64,000 bases of DNA from an uncultured Bacillota bacterium. GTDB taxonomy: Bacteria > Sysuimicrobiota > Sysuimicrobiia > Sysuimicrobiales > Segetimicrobiaceae. The stretch is from contig CAWDRG010000009.1 of the NCBI GenBank assembly GCA_963804645.1, positions 1,184,001 through 1,248,000 of the forward strand, read 5' to 3'. Positions within the stretch are counted from its first letter, which is position 1. Every line of letters begins with the position of its first letter. The notes below the pieces were generated by a model. The model worked only from the letters and a program-made list of their open reading frames with translations, ran no database searches and had not been told where the DNA came from. The translations under genes were made by a program, and so were the position numbers. Shown here one piece after another: positions 44,536 to 54,320 of the stretch.

Positions 44536-45417
44536 GTGAACACGACGACCGGCGAGGGGATCGCGGGGGCGGTGCCGTCCGCGAGGCGGCCGCGCCCGTT
44601 CCTGCGGGCGTGGCTGCGGAGTCCGTCGCTCGTGGTCGGGGCGCTCGTGATCGCGGCCGTCGTCGCGGCGGCGTGCCTCGCACCGTCGCTCGCGCCCTAC
44701 AACCCGATCCGGCAGGACTACGCCGCCGCGGTGCAGCCCCCGTCGGCGGCGCACCCGCTCGGCACGGACAAATTCGGGCGCGACCAGCTGTCGCGGATCA
44801 TCTACGGGACGCGGATCGATCTCTCGGTCGGGTTCCTGTGCACGGCGCTGCCGCTGGTGGTCGGCGTCGGCGTCGGGGCCGTCTCGGGCTACTACGGGGG
44901 CCTCATCGACACGGTCTTGATGCGCGTCATCGACGTGCAGGTGGCCTTTCCATTCTACGTCCTGCTGATCGCGATCGTCGCGATCCTGGGGCCCGGCCTG
45001 ATCAACATGTACTTCGCCTTGATCCTCGTCGGCTGGGTCGCGTTCGCGCGGTTGATCCGAGGGGAAATCCTGATCGCGAAGCAGCTGGAGTACACGCTGG
45101 CCGCACGGGCGATCGGCGCGAGCGACGCCAGGGTCATCGTCCGGCATCTCCTGCCGAACGTCATCGGCCCCGCGGTGGTCTTCGCGATGTCCGCCGTCGT
45201 GCTCAACATCCTCGCCGGCGCGTCGCTCAGCTTTCTCGGGCTCGGCGTGCAGCCGCCGATTCCGGAGTGGGGCGCGATGATCGCGGAGTCGCGCGAGTAC
45301 GTGGAGACGGCGTGGTGGCTGCCGACGTTTCCCGGGATCGCGATCACCATCGTCGGCATCGCGTTCAGCCTGGTCGGCGACGGTCTCTCGGGATTCCTGC
45401 GGCGCAGGCGTTCCTGA
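44536..45417 (+). CDS. ABC transporter permease (DppC/OppC-like)
   Basis: HPLGTDKFGRD, ARAIGAS, HLLPN, LSFLGLG, PEWG. Confidence 0.93.
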   Translation: MNTTTGEGIAGAVPSARRPRPFLRAWLRSPSLVVGALVIAAVVAAACLAPSLAPYNPIRQDYAAAVQPPSAAHPLGTDKFGRDQLSRIIYGTRIDLSVGFLCTALPLVVGVGVGAVSGYYGGLIDTVLMRVIDVQVAFPFYVLLIAIVAILGPGLINMYFALILVGWVAFARLIRGEILIAKQLEYTLAARAIGASDARVIVRHLLPNVIGPAVVFAMSAVVLNILAGASLSFLGLGVQPPIPEWGAMIAESREYVETAWWLPTFPGIAITIVGIAFSLVGDGLSGFLRRRRS

Positions 45418-45441
45418 CCGGCGGGCCCGCCCGCCGAGGCG

Positions 45442-46185
45442 CTACCCCGCGGACCAGCCGCGCACGATCTCGGGGATCTCCCGCAGCGACGTCACGCGGG
45501 CGGTCGGCCGGACCCGCTGCTCGAAGCTCGGGTTGTCCGGATGGGGCTCGATGTCGACCAGGATCGAGCGCATCCCGACGCGCTCGGCTCCCAGGACGTC
45601 GTAGCCGAGCGAATCGCCCACCATCACGGCGTCGGCGGCCGGGATCCCCCAGGCCTCGAGGACGTGGGTGAAGATGTCGGGATGGGGCTTCCGGCGGCCG
45701 AATCCCGCCGAGGTAACCAGCGGGTCGAAATAGCGGAAGATATCGTGCCGCTGCGTGAGTTCCACGATGGATCGATGCCCCGTCGCGTTGCTGATCATCC
45801 CGAGCCGGAGGTCCATCGCGACCAGCGCGTCCAGCGATTCGTGCGCCCAGGGATAGAGGCGGCTGATCCGCACCTCGGGCTTGAAGAACGCGGCCTCCGC
45901 GCGGCGGAGCGCCGCCTCGTCCGGCCGCAGGCCGGCCTCGCCGAGTGCCGCGGCGATCGTGTCGGAGGCGAGGGACTCTACCTGGTCCTCGTCGGACCGG
46001 CGCGCGGCGCCGAGCCGCAGCTCGAGGAGCCGGGCCGCGAGCGCGTCGGGATCCCGGCAGCCGAGCTCGGAAGCGGCCCACGCGCCGAGCGAGGTGCACA
46101 CCTGCTGTTCGATCTCGGGGCCGGTGCGGCGGATGAGGGTGCTGCCGAGATCGAAGACTACGCCGCGCACGGGAGACGTCGCCAC
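45442..46185 (-). CDS. HAD-superfamily hydrolase
   Basis: VVFDLGSTL, ISN, KPHPDIF, MVGDSLGYDV. Confidence 0.88.
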   Translation of the reverse strand: MATSPVRGVVFDLGSTLIRRTGPEIEQQVCTSLGAWAASELGCRDPDALAARLLELRLGAARRSDEDQVESLASDTIAAALGEAGLRPDEAALRRAEAAFFKPEVRISRLYPWAHESLDALVAMDLRLGMISNATGHRSIVELTQRHDIFRYFDPLVTSAGFGRRKPHPDIFTHVLEAWGIPAADAVMVGDSLGYDVLGAERVGMRSILVDIEPHPDNPSFEQRVRPTARVTSLREIPEIVRGWSAG

Positions 46186-46246
46186 GCTGGTGTCGTACCA
46201 CGCCGGAGGGGATTGCTCCTTCGCCCCCGAACATCGCCGTGAGTCC

Positions 46247-47389
46247 ATGTCGCCAGACCCCGCACACCCGCCGTTGGAGTCCCGCCCGTCCACCCCGCGG
46301 AAGATCCGCGTTGCCGTGCTGCTCGGCGGACCGTCGCCCGAGCGGGAAGTGTCGCTGCGCAGCGGCGAGCAGGTGGTCGCGGCCCTCGATCCGTCGCGGT
46401 TCGACGTGCTGCCGGTGGAGATCAGCCTCGACGGCCAGTGGCTGCCGCGTCCGGATCTGCTGCGGCTGGCCGAGTCCGGCCGCGCGCCGGACGGCGGCGC
46501 GCCCGCCGAGGCGCCGGCGGCGGTCGCGCTGGTGCCCCAGGCGCGGCGGATCGACGAGGTCGTCGGCGGCGGGGTGGTGGACGTGGCGTTCATTGCCATG
46601 CACGGGCCGTACGGCGAGGACGGCACCGTCCAGGGGCTGCTGGAGCTGCTCGGCATCCCCTACACCGGGTCGGGCGTGCTCGCGAGCGCGCTCGCGATGG
46701 ACAAGCTCCGCAGCCGGCAGATGCTGCAGGCGAACGGCATCCCGGTCCCCGCGTACGTCGCGGTCGACGACGTCCACTGGCCGGCCGACCGCGCGGCGGT
46801 CGCGGCCCAGGTCGGCCGGGACCTCGGGTATCCGTGCGTCGTCAAGCCGAACGCCGTCGGCTCGAGCATCGGGGTGACGATCGTGCGCGACGCCGACGCC
46901 CTGCCCGCGGCGGTCGACGCCGCGCTCGAGTACGGGACCCTCGCGCTGATCGAAGAGTACCTCGAGGGGACGGAGCTGACGTGCGCCGTGCTCGAGGACC
47001 CGGACACGGGAGAGGCGCAGGCGCTGCCGGTGATCGAGATTGTCCCGAAGCGCGAATTCTTCACGTACGAGGCGAAGTACGTCTCGGGCGCGTCCGAGGA
47101 GATCGTGCCGGCGCGCATTCCCGCGCACGCGGCCGCGCGGGCCGCCGAGGTCGCGGTGCGGGTCCACCACATCCTCGGCTGCGAGGGGTGCTCGCGGATC
47201 GATCTGTTCCTGTCCGGCGGGAACATCGTGGCCCTGGAGGCCAACACGATCCCCGGGATGACCCAGGGCAGCCTGATCCCGCTCGCCGCCCGCGCGGGCG
47301 GCATCGAGTTTTCCGATCTGCTCCGGCGCGTGATCGGCAGCGCGCTGCGCCGGGCGCGCACTCGGAAGCATCCCGCGCGGAGGGCATGA
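46247..47389 (+). CDS. ddl: D-alanine--D-alanine ligase
   Basis: GGPSPEREVSLRSG, HGPYGEDG, MDK, VKP...GSS, FFTYEAKY, EANTIPG. Confidence 0.95.
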   Translation: MSPDPAHPPLESRPSTPRKIRVAVLLGGPSPEREVSLRSGEQVVAALDPSRFDVLPVEISLDGQWLPRPDLLRLAESGRAPDGGAPAEAPAAVALVPQARRIDEVVGGGVVDVAFIAMHGPYGEDGTVQGLLELLGIPYTGSGVLASALAMDKLRSRQMLQANGIPVPAYVAVDDVHWPADRAAVAAQVGRDLGYPCVVKPNAVGSSIGVTIVRDADALPAAVDAALEYGTLALIEEYLEGTELTCAVLEDPDTGEAQALPVIEIVPKREFFTYEAKYVSGASEEIVPARIPAHAAARAAEVAVRVHHILGCEGCSRIDLFLSGGNIVALEANTIPGMTQGSLIPLAARAGGIEFSDLLRRVIGSALRRARTRKHPARRA

Positions 47390-48273
47390 CGATGGCGCGC
47401 CTGCGGCGCAACGAGTACGTGAAATCCCACGGCCTCGGGAACGACTACCTCGTGATGGACCCGCGCGCGCTCTCGGTCCGGCTGACGCCGCGGGCGATCC
47501 GCCTGATCTGCCACCGCAACCTCGGCGTCGGGTCGGACGGGATCCTGACGCTCGAGCGCAGCCGCCGCGCCGAGTTCGGGGTGCGGATTCTGAACCCCGA
47601 CGGCAGCGAGGCGGAGAAGAGCGGCAACGGCATCCGCATCTTCGCAAAATTTCTGTGGGACCACGGCTACACCCGGCGCCGCGCGTTTCGCGTCGAGACG
47701 AAGGGCGGGGTGGTCCCGGTCACGCTCGACCTGCGGGGGCGCAAGGTGCGCTCGATCACCGCGGGCATCGGACGCGCGACATTCCGCAGCCGCGAGATCC
47801 CCGCGACCGGCCCCGACCGCGAGATCGTCGGGGAGCGCGTCGAGGCCGCGGGTGACACGCTCGAGGTGACCGCGGTCTCCGTCGGCAACCCGCATTGCAT
47901 CGTGTTCGTGGCCGATCCCGCCGCGGTCGATCTCGCGCGGCTGGGGCCGGCGCTCGAGCACCATCCAATGTTTCCCAACCGGACCAACGTCCAGTTCGTG
48001 CGCGTGGACTCCCCGAGCCGCGTCACGATCCGGATCTGGGAGCGGGGCGCGGGGGAGACGATGGCGTCCGGCAGCAGCTCGAGCGCGGTCGCCGCGGCGT
48101 GCATCCGGCACGGATTCACGGGGCGTCGCGTGACCGTCGCGAGCCCGGGGGGGACGCTCACGGTCGAGGCGGGGCCGGACGACGTCCTGCACCTCACCGG
48201 TCCGGTAGAAGAGGTCTGCCGAGGGACGTTGAGCCCGGACCTGCTGGCCCGGCTGCGAGGAGGCGCGCGATGA
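47386..48273 (+). CDS. dapF: Diaminopimelate epimerase with Ser in place of both catalytic Cys
   Basis: HGLGNDY, NPDGSEAEKSGNG, VGNPH, NVQF, WERGAGETMASGSS. Confidence 0.88.
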   Translation: MTMARLRRNEYVKSHGLGNDYLVMDPRALSVRLTPRAIRLICHRNLGVGSDGILTLERSRRAEFGVRILNPDGSEAEKSGNGIRIFAKFLWDHGYTRRRAFRVETKGGVVPVTLDLRGRKVRSITAGIGRATFRSREIPATGPDREIVGERVEAAGDTLEVTAVSVGNPHCIVFVADPAAVDLARLGPALEHHPMFPNRTNVQFVRVDSPSRVTIRIWERGAGETMASGSSSSAVAAACIRHGFTGRRVTVASPGGTLTVEAGPDDVLHLTGPVEEVCRGTLSPDLLARLRGGAR

Positions 48274-49550
48274 AGAAGGTGCTGTACGTGGTGCTGGACG
48301 GTCTCGGAGACCGCCCGGTGCCCCAGCTCGGCGGCCGGACGCCGCTCGAGGCGGCGGCGGTGCCGTTTCTCGGCGCGCTCACGCTCGACGGCCAGACCGG
48401 GCTGGTGCAGACGGTCGGGAAGGGAATCGCGCCCGAGTCGGACGTCGCCGTCATGGCGATCCTCGGCTACGATCCGTTCAAGTACCACACGGGGCGCGGT
48501 GTGTTCGAGGTGGTCGGCTCCGGCATGGCGTTCGCGGACGGGAATCTCGCGCTGCGCGGCAACTTCGCGACCGGCGAGGGGCGCACGATCCTCGACCGGC
48601 GCGCCGGGCGCGATCTTGCCTCCGAGGACGCGCACGCGCTCGCGGACGCGCTGACGCGCGAGATTAAGCTGACCGCGGCGCCCGCGGAGCTCGAGGTGCA
48701 GGCGAGCATCGGGCACCGGGCGGCGGTCGCGATCCGCCGGCGCGGCGGGCGTCTGTCGGCGAAGATCAGCAACACGGATCCGGCGTACGGGCGCGTCGGC
48801 GACGGGCTCGGCGTGGCCAACGCGGTCGTGGGCAACCAGGTCGTGCGCTGCGAGCCGCTCGACGGCAGCGAGGAGGCCCGGACCGCCGCGGCCCTGGTCA
48901 ACGAGTTTACCGACCGCGCGCAGGAAGTGCTGGATCGCCATCCCGCGAACGCGCGGCGCCGCGAGCGCGGACGGCCCCCGGCGAACCTGCTCCTCGTGCG
49001 CGATGCGGGCGACCACCTCCCGAAGCTGCCGCCGATCGCGGAGCGGTTCGGCATCGAGTTCGGCTGCTTCGTGGAAATGCCGGTCGAGCGCGGCATCGCG
49101 GAGCTCTCCGGCATGACGGTCATCCCCGTGCCGCCGAGCGGGGCCGACAAGGAGCGGGTCTACGCTGAGTGGGCCCAGACGGCGGCCCGCGAGTACCGCA
49201 ACCACGGCGGGCTCTACATCCACATCAAGGGGCCCGACGAGCCTGGGCACGACGGCGACTGGCGGGGCAAGACCGCGATCATCGAGACGATCGATCGGGT
49301 GTTCTTCGGCACGCTCCTCGATCTGGTATCGCTCGACGATGTCGTGATCGCCGTCACCGCGGACCACGCGACGCCGGCCACCCTCGGTCGGCATTCCGAC
49401 GACCCGGTCCCGCTGCTCGTCGCGGGCGCGGGCGTCCGGCCCGACGGGAGCCGTGTCTTCAATGAAGCGGCGTGCGCGCACGGCAGCCTCGGGACCTTGA
49501 TGGGCACCGACATCATGCCGCTGCTTGCGCGCCTCGCGAAGGACGCCTAG
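48270..49550 (+). CDS. apgM: 2,3-bisphosphoglycerate-independent phosphoglycerate mutase, ApgM type
   Basis: LDGLGD, TPLEAA, PESD, GRG..E, HIKGPDEPGHDG, TADHATP, HSDDPVP. Confidence 0.88.
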   Translation: MKKVLYVVLDGLGDRPVPQLGGRTPLEAAAVPFLGALTLDGQTGLVQTVGKGIAPESDVAVMAILGYDPFKYHTGRGVFEVVGSGMAFADGNLALRGNFATGEGRTILDRRAGRDLASEDAHALADALTREIKLTAAPAELEVQASIGHRAAVAIRRRGGRLSAKISNTDPAYGRVGDGLGVANAVVGNQVVRCEPLDGSEEARTAAALVNEFTDRAQEVLDRHPANARRRERGRPPANLLLVRDAGDHLPKLPPIAERFGIEFGCFVEMPVERGIAELSGMTVIPVPPSGADKERVYAEWAQTAAREYRNHGGLYIHIKGPDEPGHDGDWRGKTAIIETIDRVFFGTLLDLVSLDDVVIAVTADHATPATLGRHSDDPVPLLVAGAGVRPDGSRVFNEAACAHGSLGTLMGTDIMPLLARLAKDA

Positions 49551-49567
49551 CGCGCACCGGCGGCGCG

Positions 49568-50830
49568 ATGCAGGGGCCGGGGGAGCATGCGTCAGGCCCG
49601 GGCCGGCCGCGTGCGGCGGCGCTGCCGAGGCTGCGGCCGCTCGATTTCTTCCCGGTGCGTCAGGGAGGCGAGACCGTGATCGCGGTCCGCGACCCGGAAG
49701 GCTTTGTCGACGGCGTCATGCTGCTGCCGCCGCCGGTGTATTTTATCGCCGCGCTGCTGGACGGGCGGCGGACCGCGGCGGACGTCCAGGCCGAGTACGT
49801 CCGCCGGTTCGGCGGCGACCTGCTGCTCCGCGCGGACCTGCAGCGGCTGCTGGAGGAGCTGGACCGGGTCGGCCTGCTCGAGACCGACGCGTTCGCGGCC
49901 CGGCGCCGCGCGGTGGAAGAGGCGTTTCGCGCGTCGCCGGTGCGGGCCGCCCAGCACGCCGGCGCGTCGTACCCTGAGGATCCCGACGAGCTCCGCGCGG
50001 TCCTCGACGGGTACCTCGGCGGGGTGGATCCCGGCGAGCTCGACGGCTTGGCGCCGCGCGGGATCATCGCGCCGCACATCGACTTCCCGCGCGGGGGCTG
50101 GTGCTACGGGTGGGGGTACGCGGCGCTGCGCGCGTCGCGCGCCACGTCGTTCGTGGTGCTCGGCGTCGCCCACACCGCGCCGCCCGCGCCCGTCGTGCTG
50201 ACCGAGAAGTCGTTCGAGACCCCGCTCGGGACCGTCCCCGTGGATCGGGAGCTCGTGCGCGCGCTCACGGCGCGGACCGGCGACCTCACCGCGCACGAGA
50301 TCGTGCACCGCACCGAGCACTCGCTCGAGTTCCCGATCGTGTTCATGCAGCGGGCGCTCGACGGGCGTCCGTTCAGCATCGTGCCGATCTTGTGCTCGAG
50401 CTTCGAGGGCTGGGCGGCGGAGGAGCCGCCGCGCGGCGTGGACGAGGTCGAGCGCGTGGTGTCGGGGCTGCGCGAGGTCGTGCGCGCGCGTCCCGACGTC
50501 GGCCTGGTGGTGAGCGTGGATTTCAGCCACGTCGGCCCGCGGTTCGGAGATCCGGACCCCGTCACCGACGCGCTGGCGTCCCGCACCTCGCTGGCCGACC
50601 GCGTGGTGCTGGAGGCGATCGTGCGGGGCGACCCGGATGAGTTCTGGCGCACCGCCGCCGCCGGGGGCAATCCCCGGCACATCGACGCGCTGTCCGCGGT
50701 GTACACGGCGCTGCGCGTGCTCGAGCCCGTTGAGGGGCGTCTCCTGCGGTACGGACAGGCGCTCGATCCGGCCGGCGGGATCGTGTCGTTCGCGAGCCTG
50801 GCGCTGCTCGAGGGGACGCGGCGCCCCTGA
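49568..50830 (+). CDS. amrB: AmmeMemoRadiSam protein B (MEMO1 family) with N-terminal PqqD-like extension
   Basis: HAGASYP, APHIDF, GVAH, EHSLE, VDFSHVG. Confidence 0.85.
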   Translation: MQGPGEHASGPGRPRAAALPRLRPLDFFPVRQGGETVIAVRDPEGFVDGVMLLPPPVYFIAALLDGRRTAADVQAEYVRRFGGDLLLRADLQRLLEELDRVGLLETDAFAARRRAVEEAFRASPVRAAQHAGASYPEDPDELRAVLDGYLGGVDPGELDGLAPRGIIAPHIDFPRGGWCYGWGYAALRASRATSFVVLGVAHTAPPAPVVLTEKSFETPLGTVPVDRELVRALTARTGDLTAHEIVHRTEHSLEFPIVFMQRALDGRPFSIVPILCSSFEGWAAEEPPRGVDEVERVVSGLREVVRARPDVGLVVSVDFSHVGPRFGDPDPVTDALASRTSLADRVVLEAIVRGDPDEFWRTAAAGGNPRHIDALSAVYTALRVLEPVEGRLLRYGQALDPAGGIVSFASLALLEGTRRP

Positions 50831-50997
50831 CCGCGCGCGGCGCGTGCGCGAGAGTGCCGCGTGCCGCGCAGGTTCGTCGCGGTGATGTTGTCGAACGCGT
50901 CAACGCCGTCCTGCTGGATCGGCCGGCGGGCGTGCGGCCGTGATGTGACTTCGTTGGAGCCCCCGGAGCGTTTAGACGCGCGTCCGCGACCGCCGGG

Positions 50998-51471
50998 TCA
51001 TCCTTGATCGTAGGCTTGTTGGAGGCGCTGAATATCAAGTTTATCCATTTGCAGCATCGCGTTCATGACTCGCTGCGTCTTCGCGTTGTCCTTATCTTGC
51101 ATCATCTTACCCAGGATGGTCGGCACGATCTGCCACGACACCCCAAATTTGTCCTTGAGCCAGCCGCAGCGATTTGGCACTCCGCCTTCAGAGAGCTTCT
51201 CCCACAACTCATCGACCTCTTCCTGCGTATCGCAGTGCACGACAAACGAGATCGCTTCCGTGAACTTGAACTGCGGGCCGCCATTTAACGCCAGCCACTC
51301 CTGTCCGTTGAGCTGGAATTGCACGACCATCACGGTTCCCTTCGGTCCCGGACCCGCCTCTCCATAGCGACTCATGCCCAGAATCTTTGAGTGCTTGAAG
51401 ATCGACGTATAATACCGCGCCGCCTCTTCCGCGCGTCCGTCGAACCACAAGAACGGGGTGATCGTCTGCAT
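50998..51471 (-). CDS. PhnB/VOC-family (3-demethylubiquinone-9 methyltransferase-like) protein
   Basis: MQTITPFLWFDG.AEEAA, ALNGGPQFKF.EAISF, CGWLKDKFGVSWQI. Confidence 0.92.
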   Translation of the reverse strand: MQTITPFLWFDGRAEEAARYYTSIFKHSKILGMSRYGEAGPGPKGTVMVVQFQLNGQEWLALNGGPQFKFTEAISFVVHCDTQEEVDELWEKLSEGGVPNRCGWLKDKFGVSWQIVPTILGKMMQDKDNAKTQRVMNAMLQMDKLDIQRLQQAYDQG

Positions 51472-51714
51472 ACGGCATTCCTCCCTGACTACACTCGTGT
51501 GGCCTGCCACGTCGTGAGGATGTGGCAGCCCGACGCGTAGCGCGTTCTAGGTATTCCCTCCCCGCGGATGCGGTCCGTGACACTGGATCGGTGTGGGTCG
51601 CCCGGACAATCGACATTGCGCCCGAACACACCGCAGGGACGACGGGCCGGCGCCCCAGGCACACTCGGCGCCGCCAGGGATGTGCCAGATGGCCGGTCGT
51701 GCAGCCCCCTGATC

Positions 51715-52869
51715 TTATCGGGGTGTTCGGACCTCTGGTGGGTTCTCCAAACACGCGCTCATCGTGTTCCAGATCCGGTCCAGCCCCGCCTGCACGTAGG
51801 CGGACGGAAGCCCGTGGTTCAGCCGGAGATGGCGGTCGATCCCGAAGTGGTCCCCCGGCACGGCGAGGACGTCCTGCTCCGCGAGCAGCCGCTCGCACAG
51901 CTCGATCGAACCGATCGGGAGGTCGTACCGGACGAATCCGATCGCGCCGGCATCCGCCGAGCCCAGCGACAGGCGGTCGCGGTGCTGCTCCACCCACCCG
52001 GCGAGCTGCGCAAACCCGCGCGAGACGTACCCCCGGCTGCGCTCGAGCAGGCGCGCGCGCACCTCCGGCGCGAGGGCGATCGCGGCGAGCTTGTTGCTGA
52101 GCATCGACGAGCTGATCGTGGTGTAGTCCTGGCGCGCCCAGATCTGCGCGGCCACCTCGGGCGGCGCCACAACCCAGCCGATCCGCAGTCCGGGCAGCCC
52201 ATACGCCTTCGAGAGGCCTCCGGTGGCGAGCACGCGGTCGTACCGGCCCCAGAACGACGGCGTGACCTCGCGCCGGACGCGCTCCGCGCCCGCGTACACC
52301 TCGTCCGCGAGCAGCCACGCGCCGACCCGCTCGGCCGCGGCGACGACCTGCGCCATCTCGCGCTCAGTCAGGATGTGGCCGGTGGGATTGTTGGGATTGC
52401 AGACGGCGACGACCGTGGTCCGGGGCCTGACGGCGGCCTCGAGCGCGTTCAGGTCGAGCGCCCACGCGCGCGACTCTTCGAGCGCGAACGTGCGGACGTC
52501 GATCCCGGCGTTCTGCGCGACGCCCCAGAGCTGCATGTAGTTTGGGCGCATGAGCGCGATCTCGTCGCCGGCGCCCGCGACCGTCTGGAGCGTGTTGAAG
52601 TTCGCCTCGGCGCAGCCGTTGGTCACGACGATCTGCTCGGGGGTGCTGCCCGGATACAGCGCGGCGATCCGCTCGCGCAGCTCGGGCAGCCCGTTGGTCT
52701 GCGGGTACGTCAGCGGCGTGCGGAGCAGCGCCTCGACGCCGGCCGCATCGGTCACGAGTTCGCCGAGGGCGAGCGGATGCACGCCGCTCTCGGAGAGGTT
52801 GTACGCCACGCGGTTCTCCCATTGGGAGAGGAGGCGCTCCAGCGCGAACGGGTGGAAGCGTACGGTCAT
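51715..52869 (-). CDS. Class I/II PLP-dependent aminotransferase
   Basis: NLSESG, CNPNNPTG, ADEVY, GLSKAYGLPGLRIGW. Confidence 0.92.
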   Translation of the reverse strand: MTVRFHPFALERLLSQWENRVAYNLSESGVHPLALGELVTDAAGVEALLRTPLTYPQTNGLPELRERIAALYPGSTPEQIVVTNGCAEANFNTLQTVAGAGDEIALMRPNYMQLWGVAQNAGIDVRTFALEESRAWALDLNALEAAVRPRTTVVAVCNPNNPTGHILTEREMAQVVAAAERVGAWLLADEVYAGAERVRREVTPSFWGRYDRVLATGGLSKAYGLPGLRIGWVVAPPEVAAQIWARQDYTTISSSMLSNKLAAIALAPEVRARLLERSRGYVSRGFAQLAGWVEQHRDRLSLGSADAGAIGFVRYDLPIGSIELCERLLAEQDVLAVPGDHFGIDRHLRLNHGLPSAYVQAGLDRIWNTMSACLENPPEVRTPR

Positions 52870-52930
52870 GTCCTCACCTCTCGGACGCGCCGGCGGCGCG
52901 CGAACTCCGCCGGACGCGCGTGGTCTCCGG

Positions 52931-54313
52931 TCAGCCGGAGCGCTCCGCGAGCACCACGCACTCCACGTGGTACGTCTGCGGAAACAGGTCGAGCGGTTGC
53001 ACGGTGCGGATCGCGTACCCGCCCGCGACGAGGTCCTTGAGGTCGGGCGCGAGCGTGGTCGGGTTGCACGACACGTAGATGACCCGCGGGGCGCGCGCCT
53101 CCGCGATGCGGCGCATCACGCGCCCGCCGGCGCCGCTGCGCGGCGGGTCGAGCACGAGCAGGTCCGGCGGCGCCGCCCGGCGGCGCAGCTCGGGCAGCGC
53201 AGTGCGGACGTCGCCGCTCGCGAATTCGACGTTCGGAATCGCGTTGAGCACGGCGTTTTCCCGCGCGGCCTCGACCGCGGACGGCGCGACCTCGATGCCG
53301 TACACGCGCGCGGCACGCCGCGCGAGGGCGAGCGCGAACGTCCCGACGCCGCAGTACAGATCGTAGACGGTCTCGCCGCCGCCGAGCGACGCGAACCCCT
53401 CGAGGGTCTCGGCGAGCCGCTCCGCCTGCGCGGTATTGGTCTGGAAAAACGTCTCGAGGCCGATCCGGAACCGCAGGCCCGCGAGCTGTTCGATCAGGTG
53501 GCCGCGTCCGGCCAGCACCGTGAGGCCCGCGAGCGGGACGCCGTCCGACGGCCCCGCGTTCAGGCCGTGCAGGACGCCTACGATGCGCGGCTGCGCCCGC
53601 ATCAGCCGCTCGGCCAGCCCCTGGAGGCCGGGTACCTCGCGCGCCGTGGTGACCACGCCGACCATGATCTCTCCCGTCGCGCGCGCCTCGCGGATCACGA
53701 CCTGCCGCAGGAGGCCCGTGTGGTCGCGGGCGTTGTACCGCGACAGCCCGGACCCGTCGGCGAACTCCCGCACGAGTCGGAGGATGTCGTTTGCGGCGTC
53801 GCTCTGCAGCAGGCAGGTGTCGATCGCCACGACGCGGTCGAACGCGCCGCGCCGGTGCAGTCCGAGCGACCCGTCCGGGTGGAACGCGAACTCCATCTTG
53901 TTCCGGTAGCGCCAGGGATCGGCCATCGCGATGATCGGCCGCACCTCGACGTCCCGAACGCCTCCGAGGTGCGCCAGGCTGTCGCGCACGATGTCTTCTT
54001 TCGCGGCCGTCTGCGCCTCGTACGCGACGTGCTGCCAGATGCAGCCGCCGCAGGGGCCGAAGTGGGGACAGGGGGGCACCGCGCGCAGGGCAGACGGCAC
54101 GTCGACCGCGGCGAGGTCGGCCTCGGCGTACCCCGACTTGATGCGCCACGGGCGCGCCCGCACGCGGTCGCCCGGGGCGACCTCCGGCACGAACACGACG
54201 AACCCGTCGACGCGTCCGACGCCGCGGCCGCCGTACGCGAGGCGGTCGATCGTGAGCGCGACCTCCTCGCCTTTCTTCACGGGCGGGCGCGCGCGGCCCG
54301 CGGCGGTCGACAT
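52931..54313 (-). CDS. rlmD: 23S rRNA m5U1939 methyltransferase
   Basis: TRAM domain, CPHFGPCGGC Fe-S motif, FFQTN, DLYCGVG, DPPR, YVSCNP, HVE. Confidence 0.94.
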   Translation of the reverse strand: MSTAAGRARPPVKKGEEVALTIDRLAYGGRGVGRVDGFVVFVPEVAPGDRVRARPWRIKSGYAEADLAAVDVPSALRAVPPCPHFGPCGGCIWQHVAYEAQTAAKEDIVRDSLAHLGGVRDVEVRPIIAMADPWRYRNKMEFAFHPDGSLGLHRRGAFDRVVAIDTCLLQSDAANDILRLVREFADGSGLSRYNARDHTGLLRQVVIREARATGEIMVGVVTTAREVPGLQGLAERLMRAQPRIVGVLHGLNAGPSDGVPLAGLTVLAGRGHLIEQLAGLRFRIGLETFFQTNTAQAERLAETLEGFASLGGGETVYDLYCGVGTFALALARRAARVYGIEVAPSAVEAARENAVLNAIPNVEFASGDVRTALPELRRRAAPPDLLVLDPPRSGAGGRVMRRIAEARAPRVIYVSCNPTTLAPDLKDLVAGGYAIRTVQPLDLFPQTYHVECVVLAERSG

Positions 54314-54320
54314 GAGGCCA

